From contig MU058198.1 of the NCBI GenBank assembly GCA_013265495.1, forward strand, positions 6,897,779-6,961,778: DNA of 64,000 bases. The letters are read 5' to 3'. Under the pieces are notes generated by a model. It searched no databases and had not been told where the DNA came from. It was given only the letters and a program-made list of their open reading frames with translations. The stretch's first letter is position 1. Every line of letters begins with the position of its first letter. This document shows positions 29,820 through 42,900 of this stretch, in pieces. The translations under genes and the position numbers were made by a program. The stretch is from Vicugna vicugna. Taxonomy: Eukaryota.

Positions 29820-32800
29820 TCATCGGAGCTTGATCTCAAAGCAGAGACAGTTGAGGCTCTGGCAGTCAGGAAGTTGGCACGCACAGGCACAGTCACAGAG
29901 TGGGCAGCAGCGAGGGCAGCGAGGGGCCCAATCCTGGAGGAGAGGAGAATGGGGTGAGGGAGGTGGGCACAAGGAAGGGGACCAGAGCCTGCAGCTGTTT
30001 CCTTCTCAAGGGAGAAGAGAACAGAGAGGCCTGGAAAGTCCCATTTGCCCAGTGGATCATAGGGTACCATCCATCATTCTTGGGAACAAATCAATTCCCT
30101 AAGCTGTTGAGAAATCAGCAAGGAGGCAATGTTCCTAACAGCTGGGTTCAGGAGGTAGAAGAAATCATTCAGGGGAGGTGTCTTCCTTTCTTCTCATTTT
30201 ATAGATGAGACTGAGGACCAGAGATCAGCTGACCCTTAGGTCCCAATGTTCAGCTCAAAGATGGTTCTACTACATATATCCTTGTGGCCTCATGCAGTTG
30301 AAAGTCAGTAGACCAGGAAAGCACAGACACTCTCTCTGTCCATGATGAAAATAACGTCGGTTTTGTGGATTTCTTCCTTGGCCTGAGGCCAAACTGCTGG
30401 ATCTCATTTGTCCTTCATTTCTGAGCACCTACTCTGTGCAAGGCACAGACTGCATTCATGAATGATTTTTAAAACTCTAGTTTTCTTTGAAAATTGTAAT
30501 TTGGCATATTTAATTTGTTAAATGTTTAAAAGGAGTTACATCTCTTGTTTATCAGAACCTGGAGTAGGGGGCCTGTTTACAAAAGAGGGAATGGAGTTTC
30601 AGAGAGGGGAGTGAGTGCCCAAAGAACTACAACTAGGGAATAGTGCTGGGATGGGCCTGGGCCTGCCTGCTTCCAGTCCTGAGATTCCCCCATGACCCCA
30701 CTGCTTCCCAGGGCCATGGGTATCAGCTTCTTTCTGGGTCTGCTAGGGCAGGGACAGTTCATCTCCTGTCTCCACTGAGCTGCCAGGGGGCTTGGGCTCA
30801 GCAGATATCAGATAAAAGAAGACTGTTGAATGAATCAATCAATCAAAGCATATCATTTTTCTCCTCTTTAGGCAAAGAAGAAAGAAGAGAGTATCTCAGC
30901 TCCCAGGAGAAACAGGAGGTCTGTCTCTCAGGGAAAAGGAACAGCATGTCCTTAGAGACAGGGAGAACCGGTCCACTCCAACCCACTCCTCTTCTGCCCT
31001 GGGACAGGGATGATCTGTAACTGCTTCAGGCATGGACTGGAGTCAGGCCAAGTGGCTGGAGTGGGACACACCCAGTATGTGTGACAGAAGATTGGCTCCT
31101 TGAGGCCTGGGGCAGAGCTAGTGACAGTCACAGTTGCACAGCTCAATCAGACACCGGGCCAAGCCAGGAATAGGGGAATGACCTTTAAGAACAGCTGATG
31201 TTTCGGGGTGTGGTGTCAGATGACCAGTGAGATCAGCTTCACTAGGGGCTCCAGTGAGGGGAGAGGATCCACTACTGCCAAAAGAACTGTGTCTCAAGGA
31301 CGCACGAGAAGTAGCATGGTGGAAGGAGGCAATGGGGTGGTTTCCTTGTGTTTGATGGGGGTGTGGGCTGGGGTGTCTCTGGAGAGTCCCAGGCTGGGGC
31401 TGAAGTCAGCACTGTGGGTATTTGGAGGACCACACTGTTATCCTGTGTGCAGAACTGAGTGCTGAGAGAGGCTCCACTGCCCTCACTTCACAGAAGCGGG
31501 TATTAAAAGCATTTCTTGGCTCTGTCTGCTGGAAAGGTTTGGAGCTAGTCATTAATAACTCGCTAATGGATATCTCCAGTGGCTTCTGGAAGGAATCTGC
31601 TTTTTAAGTACATTTAACAAGGGCTCCACGTGACTGTTAACCCTGGTGTTTCTCTAGGCTGTGCAGTTTTTCACTCCCATTTCTTTCACTTTGAGGTTGT
31701 GAAGACCAGTCTTTACTGTTTGGCACTCAGGCCTGGGTTTCAGTCTAATTCAGGCCCAGGTTTGGCTAGTTCATGTTTTGATCCTCAGTTTCCTCATCTC
31801 TGAAACAAATATAACACCCACTTTACAAGGTTATTGTGGGGAATGAATGGAAAGAACGAAGCACAAGCCTGGTACGTAGTGAGCTCTTGCCATAGCTCTC
31901 TTTCCCTGCAGCAGTAGGTCTTAACCCTGGTGTGCATCAGAATCGTGTAAGAACTTGTTAAAAATTCACAAAATCCAATCCCATTCCCGATCTACAGGGC
32001 ATGGGGCCTGGATGCCTGGCTTTTCAGTTGTAGCCTCATACCTGATTCTGATCACACACAGGGCTGAAAACCAACTGTTGCACTAAATCACATCATTTCT
32101 CACACACAATTGTCATTGCCTCCTGTTTCTCTTTGTCCTTCACTGGAACGTGAGCCCCGTGAGGGCTGGGGCCATGTCTACCTTGCTTCCGCTGCACCCC
32201 CAGGGCCCAGCACAGTGCCACCACAGTGACTCTATAAATCTTTGGTAAGTGAATAAATAAGTGAATGAATGGATGAATTAGATCCTCGCAACACACTGTG
32301 AAAGAAGTAGAGCAGGCAGGTTTCTCCCCCAGAGAGAAAGAGAAACCTGGACTTGTGTCCTGACCCAGGCTTTAGGCAGGTCACACTGTCCACCACAGTT
32401 TCTCCAGCTACAAAGGAGGCAAGAGCTTTGGAATATTTGTGGTTGTTTTGTGGTTGTTATTGTTACTAGAAGGAAACTGAAGAACACAGAGGCCTCACTG
32501 TGCTTTGTGGAAAGACAGCTCAAGGACAGAATGACCCTGCCCACCATTCAGCATTCTAGAATCCTTCCTGGCTCTGGCAGAAGCCGGGTAGGACCAGGCC
32601 CTGAGGTCTCTGGGTCTGGACATCCCAGCAAACTGGAGGAGGTGGGAGGAGCCAGTCCCTCCTGATAGTGCACCTGACTCTCAAGGGGAAAAAAAGGCCT
32701 CTGACAATTTCCTCTCCATGGACAGAAAATGAAGGGAGTGGCGTCCCCAGGACATGGGGCCAGAAATTATTTTGTAATTGAGCATTTCCAAGGTCGTCTT

Positions 32801-35312
32801 CTTTTTCCCCTCTGTCCCCTTACCCTCAGCCCTGGGTCCCATCTCCCGGCTTCCCCTGAGAAACCAGAAGCAGATTATCTGAAAGAGGAGAGCTCCTTGC
32901 CCCATAATTTATTTTGAAACTCAAAACATCTTGCAGGGATTTGCAACCGCAGTCGGCCTGAATTATGAGTCTGCTTGGTCTTTTCCCCTCACTCTTCCCT
33001 CCCCAGGGAAGGTCCCCACTTCAAGGGCAGGTGCTTTGCTGTCTAAATCTCTGAGCCCAAAATAATCACAGCCTAGGAGGGTGGTCAATTACATTTAACA
33101 TCTTTAAAGCCACAAATGCAAAAATGGCCTGTCCTCTGCAAGCCAGGCTTCTCCCTGAGGGTTCTGTTTCAACACACCATGGAGCAATTTGCTAAGCAAG
33201 ACTCTACTGTGGAATGAATGCAGGAGAAGCGACTAAACTTTCCCGAGCTAATTTATTCCCTTGCAAAAGGAGGATTAAAAACATGGATAGGTAGCCAAGG
33301 TGTGATGGCAAGTTAAAAAGGGGCAAGTAGCAGTTGTAATGAAATAGTATATGTGGTATATATGGTATGAATACATTTTTATCAATAATAGAATACAACT
33401 GATATTACAGTGATAGCAATAGTACAGTATGTATGCTTATATATGAGGGGCATACACAAAACACAGCAACCTTGGTTAGAGCTGGTTTGTAAAGTGACTT
33501 GTACTTTCTATGTATTTCTACACACACACTTTGCAATCAATGCTCTTTGAAATCTGGAAGAAAAATGTATAGGCTTTTAAAAATACTCAGGGGCTGCTAA
33601 CAAAGTAGCCCAGTATCTAGAACATTGTATTCACTCAGCCAACAGAAGGAGCTCTGTAAGGGGCTCTGTTTATTCTTTTAACTACCACTTTCAGAAGTGC
33701 TTATGTGCCCGACAGGTTACACACATTACCTTTCTCAAGCTGCCACACTATTTTCTTTTCTCCAAGTAGCTTTCATTACCAGAAAGTATTGGATATGTTG
33801 TTTATGTTGGTTATGTTGTTTTTGGCTGTCTTCAATGGACCCAGTACCTGGAACTGTGCCCTGCCTAGAATAGGTGCTCAGTAATAAATGTTGTTGAACC
33901 CCAAAAAATGAATGCACAGATAGTACCAAGATCAGGGCTCAGGGGCCAGTGGCCAGGATGAGAACTCACAGCTTCGGAGGGCTGGGGGCAGCAGGCATCC
34001 AGGTAGTGGGCTGGGCTGGGCAGAGGGAAGTCGCAGGCTTCTGCACAGGTCCAGCAACAGTCTTGGGGCCTGGAGGCGCCTTGCTTCCTGCAGGGGGAAC
34101 TGCAGTCTGTGCAGCCCTGGGCCTAGGAGATCGCAAGGCTCAGGATCTAGACCAGGCGGCAGGTAGGGACAGCCAAGGCTTGGCTTTTGGGAGAGGGGCA
34201 GGAGAAGGTTCAGCTGGGGACAGGAGGGAGGGAAAGGGATAGATGGGGGGGACTAAATGGCAAAGGTGTCTCAGGGTACTGGCCTGCAGATGAGGGGACA
34301 AATTGACCAGGTTCTTCTTCCCCAGGGCCCACCCTGCAGTCCCCACCAGGCCCCTCACCAGCAGGCAATGCCTAGTCAGCAGCACTAGGCCCAGCAGCAA
34401 CAGATAGATGCCCACAGCGATGATGACGATGGCGGGGATGGGGAGCAGCAGGGAGGGACTGCTGACGGGAGCCGGGGTTGGATTCCACGGGCTAGAGGAG
34501 GCCTGGACAGCACAGGAGGAAGGGGTGACAAGGTGGTGGAGAGGGGCTGCAGGAACACAGAAATACCAGGAGGAACACTGGAGGTGACTGGGAAAAGGGG
34601 AGGAACAGCCAGCAGGTGGTGGGGAGAGAGTCAACAGGACTACACTGTCTTGTCCCCAAACCTTTTTTTTCCCTTTTCATCCTGATCTTAGCACCATCAA
34701 GGACCTGTTAGTTGTTCAAGACTTTTCCAAGACTTACTGATCTTCCTTTTGGAATGCCTCTCCAAACAGATCTATTGTCTCTGATTCCACTGCACTACTT
34801 TACCATCCCTCAGCCTGCAGTTGTGCTCCTTTCCACACCAGCTGTCCTTGTGTAGCCCTCCCTCCCTTGCAATCCATCAATGGCTCCCACTGACTCAGCC
34901 CAAACTTCTTATCAAAGTGACAAAGTCCTCAATCTAGCCCTGCCTTCCTCTCCCTCCCTTTCCCTCTACACTCCAGCCATACTGAAGTCCTAGCAGTTCC
35001 CCAAATGCCCTATCCTCTCTCTCATGCCCACATATCTGCCCATGCCTGTCCCCTGTCGGGATGCCTTTTCTCAACTACTTGGCCAACTCCTCATCATTGT
35101 AGGAACAGTGAAATGTGCCCTCCCGTGGGAAGGCCACTGCCCTTGCATTCTATTTCTCACAACTCTTGTCCTGAGCTGGAAGGGTCTAAGTTGTGTAAAG
35201 AGTCCCCTCTCCAGTCCGGGCTCGGGCTTGAAGGCAGTCAAAGCCAGGATGAGCTGAGGGCGCTGAGGGGGTCGCTCCAGAGAAGGGTAAGGGGCCTAGG
35301 ACTCACGTCCAT
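29820..35312 (-). CDS. Uncharacterised 138-aa single-pass membrane protein with a Cys-rich tail (probable ortholog of the uncharacterised human locus upstream of ALDOA, recalled as LOC112694756)
   Basis: Four phase-0 coding exons with canonical splice sites: 35312-35307 (MD), 34502-34359 (ASSSPWNPTPAPVSSPSLLLPIPAIVIIAVGIYLLLLGLVLLTRHCLL), 34122-33970 (AQGCTDCSSPCRKQGASRPQDCCWTCAEACDFPLPSPAHYLDACCPQPSEA) and 29933-29820 (DWAPRCPRCCPLCDCACACQLPDCQSLNCLCFEIKLR*). 20 Cys in total. Confidence 0.8.
31912..32076. mobile_element. MER5-like hAT-Charlie fossil
   Basis: CAGTAGGTCTTAACCCTGG..TGCATCAGAATC ... GATTCTGAT..GGGCTGAAAACCAACTG inverted ends. Confidence 0.6.
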
Positions 35313-35589
35313 GGGGCGGGACAGCGCCGGTCAGTTCAGGAGCTACAGAGGAGAGAAAGTCCTGGGTCTCAGAGACTGAGAGGGGCCATTAGGGTGGGGT
35401 GCCCATTCTCCTCCTCCCATTTCCCGTTTGGGGAAACTGAGGCCCAAAGATGGTCCCTGGTCCGGACAGTGGAGATCGGGGTGGGGTTCGGGGATTCCGG
35501 GCAGCGCCTCCTTCGAAGGTCCCAGCCCTACCCAAGCCACAACCCTCCGTTGTCCCCAAACCCCAGGCTCCCTCCATAGGACTATTCCC

Positions 35590-35900
35590 ATCACCTGCAC
35601 CCACGGGGCCACGGGCAGTTCACGGATTCTGCTCGGCGCTTGGGCCAATCCGCCGCGGCTGCACCTCACAAAAACCTCCCGCTAATTCTCGTTGTTGCCA
35701 TGGGGATCAGAGCGCCGCTCCTACGGCGGCCGCCGAGACCCAAAACTGCTTCTGCCCGCCTCGCTTCTCCTTCCCGAGCCTCTGCGGCCATCAGCTCTTC
35801 TTAGTCGCGGTCCTCTGGGCTTTCCCGTAGTTACCGAGTAGAAACGGCGCATTCCTGTCGTTACCCGCCTCGGTCGGATCCTCATCATCTGCTGGGTCCT
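35590..35900 (-). promoter_or_regulatory. CpG-island promoter and non-coding exon 1 of the Cys-rich ORF / distal ALDOA transcript
   Basis: CpG-rich. CCAAT (35645), X-box-like GTTGCCATGGGGAT (35694-35707), minus-strand donor CAG|GTGATG at 35595. The next exon, 35342-35307, carries the ATG. Confidence 0.7.
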
Positions 35901-38249
35901 GCGGGGCTACAAGGGGAAGACTGAACCCCCAGGCTACACCAACCACCAAATGGCTGTGTGACTTGGGCCAAGTCACTGTGACCCACTGACTCCGTTTTCT
36001 CCTTTGTAAACAGGGAAACTCCTGCCTTCCAGGGATATTGAAAAATTTAGAGCTACTTGTTAATCACATAGAATTATCCTCAATATTTTTTCAAGCTGTC
36101 CCCATTCATTTTTATTGACAGTGCCCAAATTTAAGTTTCATCATCTGATCTCTTCAACATTCACATCACTGTCGGAGTGATTCCCTCCCACCCACATCAG
36201 ATCTTGGTCCTTTTCTATTTTAAAAGCCCGAAGGCTCCCCATTCCAGGATACAGTTCAAATGCTTTAGCCCACTGTCCACACCATCCACCCTGGGCCCCA
36301 CTTAACTTACATTTGTTCATTCACAATGTATCCCACAGGATGCCAAGCACCGCTCTAGGCTTTGGGAACTCTGGTGGAGAATAAGGCAGACAATTTCCTG
36401 CCCTCAAGTTGCTTATATTCCACTGGGGGAAGAGGATCAGGTAACATGTAAACAAATAAGATTGTTTTGTGCCCCATCAGTTCTTTCAAGTTTCCACTAT
36501 AGGATCTGTTCAAGGTTTCTGAACCAGTGCATAGGGTTTCACAGCTCGACTCCTTTGCAGACGCTGTTCCCTCTGCCTAGAACACCCTTCCTGTCTCCCC
36601 TCCTCCTTCCTCATCCTTTGAGCCACCGCTCAGTTTTGCCTCAGGGAGGTCTTCCTGGCTGCCTCAGGCAGAGGTGGCTGCATTGAACACCATGTACATA
36701 CCTTCTAGCACTTATCACCAGGTATTTAAATTCCCCATGTCAGTGCCTGGCTCCCCAATTAGACTGCAAGTGCCTCCGTCTGATTCATCATCATATCCCA
36801 AGCCTCAGCAGTTGGCTTGGCCTTGGGGGGCCTCCAATGAGTACTTACTAATACTGTGAATGAACAGAATCCAACCAATGAAGTACTGTTATTCAGATGC
36901 CCTAGTTCCCTTGGCTCTTAAGGCCTACAACTTCCCACTTTCATTCCTGACCTTCTTGGTTCTACATACATACACATGCTCACATACACACTCTCACATA
37001 AGCACACCTCTCCACAGAGGCCTCAGACTTCACCCATGATTACTGCATCCTGACATGCTTCCCTGAAAGTAGCACCACTGTATACCTACTTTTGTCTATG
37101 TTCTCCAACCTGAGGTACCCCATCACAGCTGCTGCCCTCAGGAATTCCTGCACCATGAGGCAGCCACAGAAATTGCCAGGGTCTGTGTCCCTAGTTCCCA
37201 AATATCCCCCCTCCGTCTCAACCACACTGAGAGGGTCTCAGCCACCTCCTTTGCCACCCCCAGGCCTCTCAGAGGGGGCTTCAAGCCCAGAAAACAGGAA
37301 TCTAGTTGTCCCCCATGTCACCTCTGTTGATTCTGTCTGGGTCAGACTGCCGGCTTAGGGCTGTCCCCTTGTCTGCTCCCATCTTCTCTGCAGAATCCTG
37401 AGGCCCAAGATGACACCAGTTCCCACCTCAGCCCTGGAAAGTCTTCAGGTGACAACACTCCCTCCCTCTCTTCAGCTCCTGCCAACAGAGACACGTCAGC
37501 CTTGGCAAGGCCTCTGGACATGTCCATGGCCTGCAGAGGCCAGACTCACTGCAGATGGTATTCTGTTCCTACCATGGGCTCCTACATTATGCAGGAGGGT
37601 GGACAGGGCACCAGGTCTGCTCATTGCAAGGCAAGCCAATAGAAGGGGGGATATATGCAACTCACTTTGCCAGGGTCCCGCTTCTACCCATATCACACCA
37701 TTTGTTGGAGGCAGGGAAAAACTGACTTCACAAAAGCTGAATAGCCACAAGGTCTCCCTTTACGTAAAGTTCAAAGCTGGCGATGTCAGATATTATCAAG
37801 TGCGGTTTTGCACTGCCCCTGGGAAAGAAAGTAAAAGATCACATACTTACCATCATGGGGTGGGTGGGAGATCTGAGACGCAAAGAAAGCCCAGAAGATG
37901 AAAGATGCCTCTGCAGACCTGGGCCTGGGCGTGGGAAGAGAACCTGGCAGTTCTGATTTTGATCTAATACTTTCAGGCCCCTCCTATGGACATCAGATAA
38001 TACTGCCTCCCAGAAATGAGGAAGAGTTCACAGTCTCCTCATTATAAGACTGAAAGGCCTATGCTTAGGTAATTACCTTGAAGGAATTAGAAGCTGAGCT
38101 GAGCTAGAGCAAGTATCAGTAGAGGCCTCTTTACAGATTTTATTTTATTTCATCCTAACAGTAGACCCCAGTGGCAGAAACCATCATTTCCACTTTACAG
38201 GTGGGAAAGAATTATGATCCAGTTGAAAAGGAATTTTAGAACCAGGCAA

Positions 38250-38720
38250 GATTTAGGTTTGAACTCTAGTTCTGCCACTGAGTGTCAGTGTGACCATGGG
38301 CAAGTTCATTGACCTCCCTGAGCCTCAGTCTTCTTCATCTGGAAAGTGGGGATTACATAAGAGATTGGCAAGGGCCTATTGTGATGATTAAAGAACATGT
38401 ATGTAGAGCACCTGGCACAGAACAGGGATCATTAAAAATATAACAACAAGAAATATTAATAACTATCACAATATTTACAACGTGCCACATAGGAATATTC
38501 ATTCGTCCCACAGCCCTATGTAGAGAGACTGCTCTTGTCCCCATTTTATAGATAAAAAGCCGAAGGCTCAGAGGAGTTAAATCACTTGCACAAGTTCTCC
38601 TGGCTAGTGAGTGACAGAACTAAGATTTGAGTCCAAGCAAAGGGACTTTGTGTGTATACAGCTGAAGCTCAGAGAGGTTCTGACACTTGCCCAAGATCAC
38701 ACAGCCAACCTATAGGAGAA
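38250..38720. mobile_element. Cluster of MIR SINE fossils (other MIR pieces at ~700-830, 4150-4330, 6340-6570, 12080-12215, 20390-20620, 39960-40210)
   Basis: MIR core motifs CTCTGAGCCTCAGT..TCATCTG, CCCATTTTATAGAT and GCTCAGAGAGGTT..ACTTGCCCAAGATCACACAGC. Confidence 0.7.
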
Positions 38721-39465
38721 AAACGGGGCTGGATGCTTAGTTTTCTCGTTCTAGCTCACCTGTTGTGCCCCTCAGCCTCTTTTGTTACAGATAAAGGGTG
38801 GACCGGGCTTGCTTAGAACAGGACCTAAGTTGGGACGGGTACAGTAAAAGTACTACATAATAAATGAGTTGTTGAGCTGGCCAGGGCACTCCCCAGAGCA
38901 CTGGGAGGAGGAATTGGACCCTTCCCTGGGTATCATGTGGGAAGCAGGCCTCTTCTGGCTGTTTATTGTTTACTTATTCACAGCCTTCGATGATCTCACA
39001 CTTGCACACCCCCGCAGGGCCGAGGCGGCGGAGGCACCCGGGTAAAGAAGATGCTCAAGACAGCATTTGGACTTGAGGAGGCTGAAATAGCAGGAAACGG
39101 TAAACTCCAGGCTCAGGGTGACTGTGTTCACTTGGGGGTGAGAGAGAGACTCACCTGGGGAGCCTGGCTGGAGAGGGAAAGCTGCAGCTGAAGTTGCCGT
39201 GGGAGCCTGGACGGGCCCTGGGGCAGCACCACCCCCGCGCTGCCCCTCTCCACGCGGGTGCTGCGGGCTGCCTTCCTGGGGCGTGTGTAGCGCGGGGGGG
39301 GGGGCGGCGGCGGGGGCTGCACCCCCACCCAGAGATGGCTGGCGCTGGCTCCCTTCCTCCGCAGGTTGTTCAGACACTCCCAGAACGCCCAGACAAGGGA
39401 CCCCGGTGTGTGGAATGCATCCCATCTTGGATTTATTTTAGATGGTACACCCATCAGCAAGACAG

Positions 39466-39500
39466 CGCGCGCGCGCGCGCGCACACACACACACACACAC
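39466..39500. repeat. (CG)n(CA)n alternating purine-pyrimidine microsatellite
   Basis: GCGCGCGCGCGCGCGCACACACACACACACAC. Confidence 0.9.
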
Positions 39501-39798
39501 CCCCGAAAGCCATTCTCTTTCCAATTTCCTTTCAACACTTCTGATTATTCCAGGACAAAGTCTCATTTTGCTGCCAGAAGCCCTTTAACACCTCTCTATC
39601 CGTGCTTATCTTGTCTTTTCTCTAACAAAGAGAGAGAAGGCCTCCAGCTCAGAATTCCGAGCTTGTGATAATATCTAGGCAGAACTTTAGAACAAGTTTT
39701 TTCACTTTATTTTTTGTTACCTTCTATTTACAAGTAATACTGATTTTCTATTTTCTGTAGTGATAAAAAGTTTCCTTTTAAAGAACACTGTTGAAGGC

Positions 39799-39926
39799 GG
39801 GGAGGGTATAGCTCAAGTGGTAGAGCGCATGCTTAGCATGCAGGAGGACCTGGGTTCAATCCACAGTACCTCCTCTAAAGATAAATAAATAACCTAATTA
39901 TTTCCCCCCACCCCCGCCAAAAAAAT
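39799..39926 (+). mobile_element. tRNA-Ala-derived SINE (camelid Vic-1-like)
   Basis: GGGGAGGGTATAGCTCAAGTGGTAGAGCGCATGCTTAGCATGCAGGAGGACCTGGGTTCAATCC with A and B boxes, then AAATAAATAACCTAATTATTTCCCCC and an A tail. Confidence 0.85.
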
Positions 39927-42900
39927 TTAAAACTAAATGAACTATAAAGTATATAATTAAAAGCAGGTACTCTGGAAATCAGACTACTAGGTTCAAATCC
40001 TAGCTGTGCCATGCCATTTCCTACCTGTACGACCTTGGGCAAGTCACACAACCTCTCTGTGCCTCAATTCCCTCATCTGGAAAGAGAAAATAATAATAAT
40101 GGCATCCTCTTCTTAGGTTATTGTGAGGATTGCATGAACTAATGTATGCAAAGGGCATGGACTGGTACCTGACATCTAGTATATGCTGTATAAATGTTTG
40201 CTATTATTAGGTCAAATGGGCAAAAAACCCCTGAGGTTTAGAGAACACTTCTTGGGCCCAATCGCACCACTTTCCACATGAGGAGACAAAACTTTGGAGA
40301 AGAAATTAAGCAGCTGAGCTAGGATCTGGGCAGATCTCTGTATTTCCAATCCATTTACCAGCCATTTCAATCTTCACTAATTAATATAACCTCTCAGCCT
40401 CAGTTAATTCATCTGCAGAATGGGACTAATACTATTTCACTGGATGTTGGGATGCTGTGTTTAAAGGTGGCTCAAAAAATGAGTTGGTATGATGTCTCCA
40501 ACGCATTTTCAACAGGGGTAATATCACCCCCACGAAGGCAGAAATTGGTTTTTTGGGGGCAAAAAAAGCAATCTTACTCTTTTAGGTATATATAGCACAG
40601 ATACACAGTATATTTGTGTTATCAAAAGTTCATGAGGAGTGGTGATTAGGAAACAAAATGTCTGAAAAAGTCTCAGGGAGCAATATGGGAAAAGAAGTTG
40701 AGAAATACTGCTCTTAACCAAGATTTTTCCAACTTGGGTTGTTACTCATAAATGTGTTGTGAAATCAGCTTAATAGGTCATAACCAGCATTTTCGGAGGA
40801 AAAAAATGAAGAGGAAAAAGTGATATAGTACAGTGTGCACTGCACATAATAAGAATCAGTAAGTATTGTGAGAAAGTTCAGGTTCAGTTTGGCAAGGTCT
40901 CTTGTGGGTCATTGTAAAACAAATGGTGCAAGTCATTGCTCTAAACGACTATTTTTCTTTTTCTCCCCTCATTATTTATCTCTCAGACAAGCCCGTGCAT
41001 TCTTGCACTGTTTTACTCTGAATAGGAAGAACTTGATAAGGAAAGAAAGAAATGTGGAAGACAGTGTCCTGCATCCAATGAAACTAGGGTCTGACTCTTA
41101 CCAGCTCACAGCCCAGGACTCTTCCCTTCCTTATTCCATTTTCCAGGGTAAGCCACAGCTACACAGGAAAAATCACTGGCCTTCAGCACCAGAGGAGAAA
41201 ATCACTCCCACTTTGCTGCCTCCCCTCCTTCTTTCCTTCCTCTGCCTCCCTTTTCCTCCTCTCCTCACTGCTCCCAACTTGGAAGGCAGCAGTCATGATG
41301 ATCTGAGTCTGAGTCCTAGCTCTGCCATTTACTGTGCAATCCCAGGGTGAGTCATCTAACTCCTCCAAGCCTCAGTTTTCCCAGCTATAAAATGGTGAGA
41401 TGATTTGTAAGATTGTAGCGATGCTTAAGTTAGAGGATGTCTAGAAAGTGTATCAGTATCTTAGTGCTGCCAGTGCTCATAATAATACTGGCTAACAGGC
41501 CATGAACCCTGTGTGAAGTTGTTTATACATGTTAACTCTATTTAATCCTCAAAATGAGCTTACACAGGAGTAAGGAAGGTAACAAGGCAGAAGCTAAGTC
41601 CAGCTGCATGGTTTCAAACAGTTCAGTAGCTTTTCACATGTTTGGTTTTTAAACAATTTTTAAACTATGTATGATAATATAAGAAGCTCTTTTCACATGT
41701 TTAAGGGCCATCTATAATTCTTTGTGACCACATAGCCTCCCTTTTAAAACATCTTTCCTCATAACCGCACAGAATGACTTTAGCTTACATCATATTGGCC
41801 AGACCTCTAACTACCAGGGAGGCTGGGAAATACAGTTTTTTAAATAGGCATATTTCAGTCCCCAACAAAACAAGGAAGGCGGTAAGAATGGATATGGGTT
41901 AGGCCAGCAGAGGTCTCATCTTCAACAGTCTTATCTTGCTCTTGGTTTAACCTTTAATTTAATTTTCAAAGGCGTCTCCAGAAGGGGGAAATGGATTAGC
42001 TAAAGAAGTAAGAACTGTTAGCAGAGATAAGCTCTGAAAATGTGGCTGATGTGTCTAAATTATATTCAATGATCTTTTGTTTCTTTTTGTTTTCATCTTT
42101 CAGTTCCTTTAGGAAAGTAAGCTTATGAGTTTTCTGTATCTGATAACATTAAAGAGAATGGTATGTTCAGAAAATTATTGAAAAAATCCTGCCTCATTAA
42201 CTTCCTGACTATGTAAATTTGGGCAAGGTTCCAAACCTCTCCATGCCTCTGTTTTCCCGTCTGTAAAATGGGTACAATAATAATTCCCACTCACAAAGTT
42301 GTTTTAAGGAAATGACGGTATTTTTAAGCACTCAGATCAGTGTCTGGCCTATAGTTAATGCTATATAATTAGCATTTAATGAGCTGGCATTATTACTATC
42401 TCAACTTCACAGATGAAGACTTGAGGCCCACAGAGACTGGCCCATCATCATTCAGGGAATGGAAGAGCCTAAATTTGTTTAGCATTGTAAAAATTCCAGG
42501 TGAGTTTGAATAAAGTGCACAAATTTTAAGAGTATGTCTTGAGAACATTTACATATGCAAACACTCATGATCTCTGTAAGAGCATTCTCAACCCCTAAGA
42601 AGGCTCTCTGGAGCCTCCTCTCAATCACTAAGTCCTCCAAACTAAAAGCTGTTCTGATTTTTGACCAAAGATATTTTGCCTGTTTTGAATTCCATCCAAA
42701 TGGAGCCATACCGTATGGTTTTTAAAATTATCCACGGAGTCTGAATTTGAAGCCCAGATGGTTCCTCCCTAGAAACTGCCGTCTTAACTACTACCCTATA
42801 CCACCCTCTAAAGCAATGACTGTTTAGGCTGCTCTTACTTCCCCCACCTCCTCTTCCTTTCCCCTCTTTCAGCTCTACCCCTGAATTATAGCTGCCCATC

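Noticed and set aside
39799..39875. Possible tRNA-Ala gene (also 50221-50295)
   Set aside because: The acceptor stem does not pair properly, there is no T-run terminator, and diverged copies share a SINE tail. It is a SINE.
41182..41200. Possible REST/RE1 site TTCAGCACCAGAGGAGA
   Set aside because: Only the left half matches; the GGACAG half is mis-spaced and degenerate.
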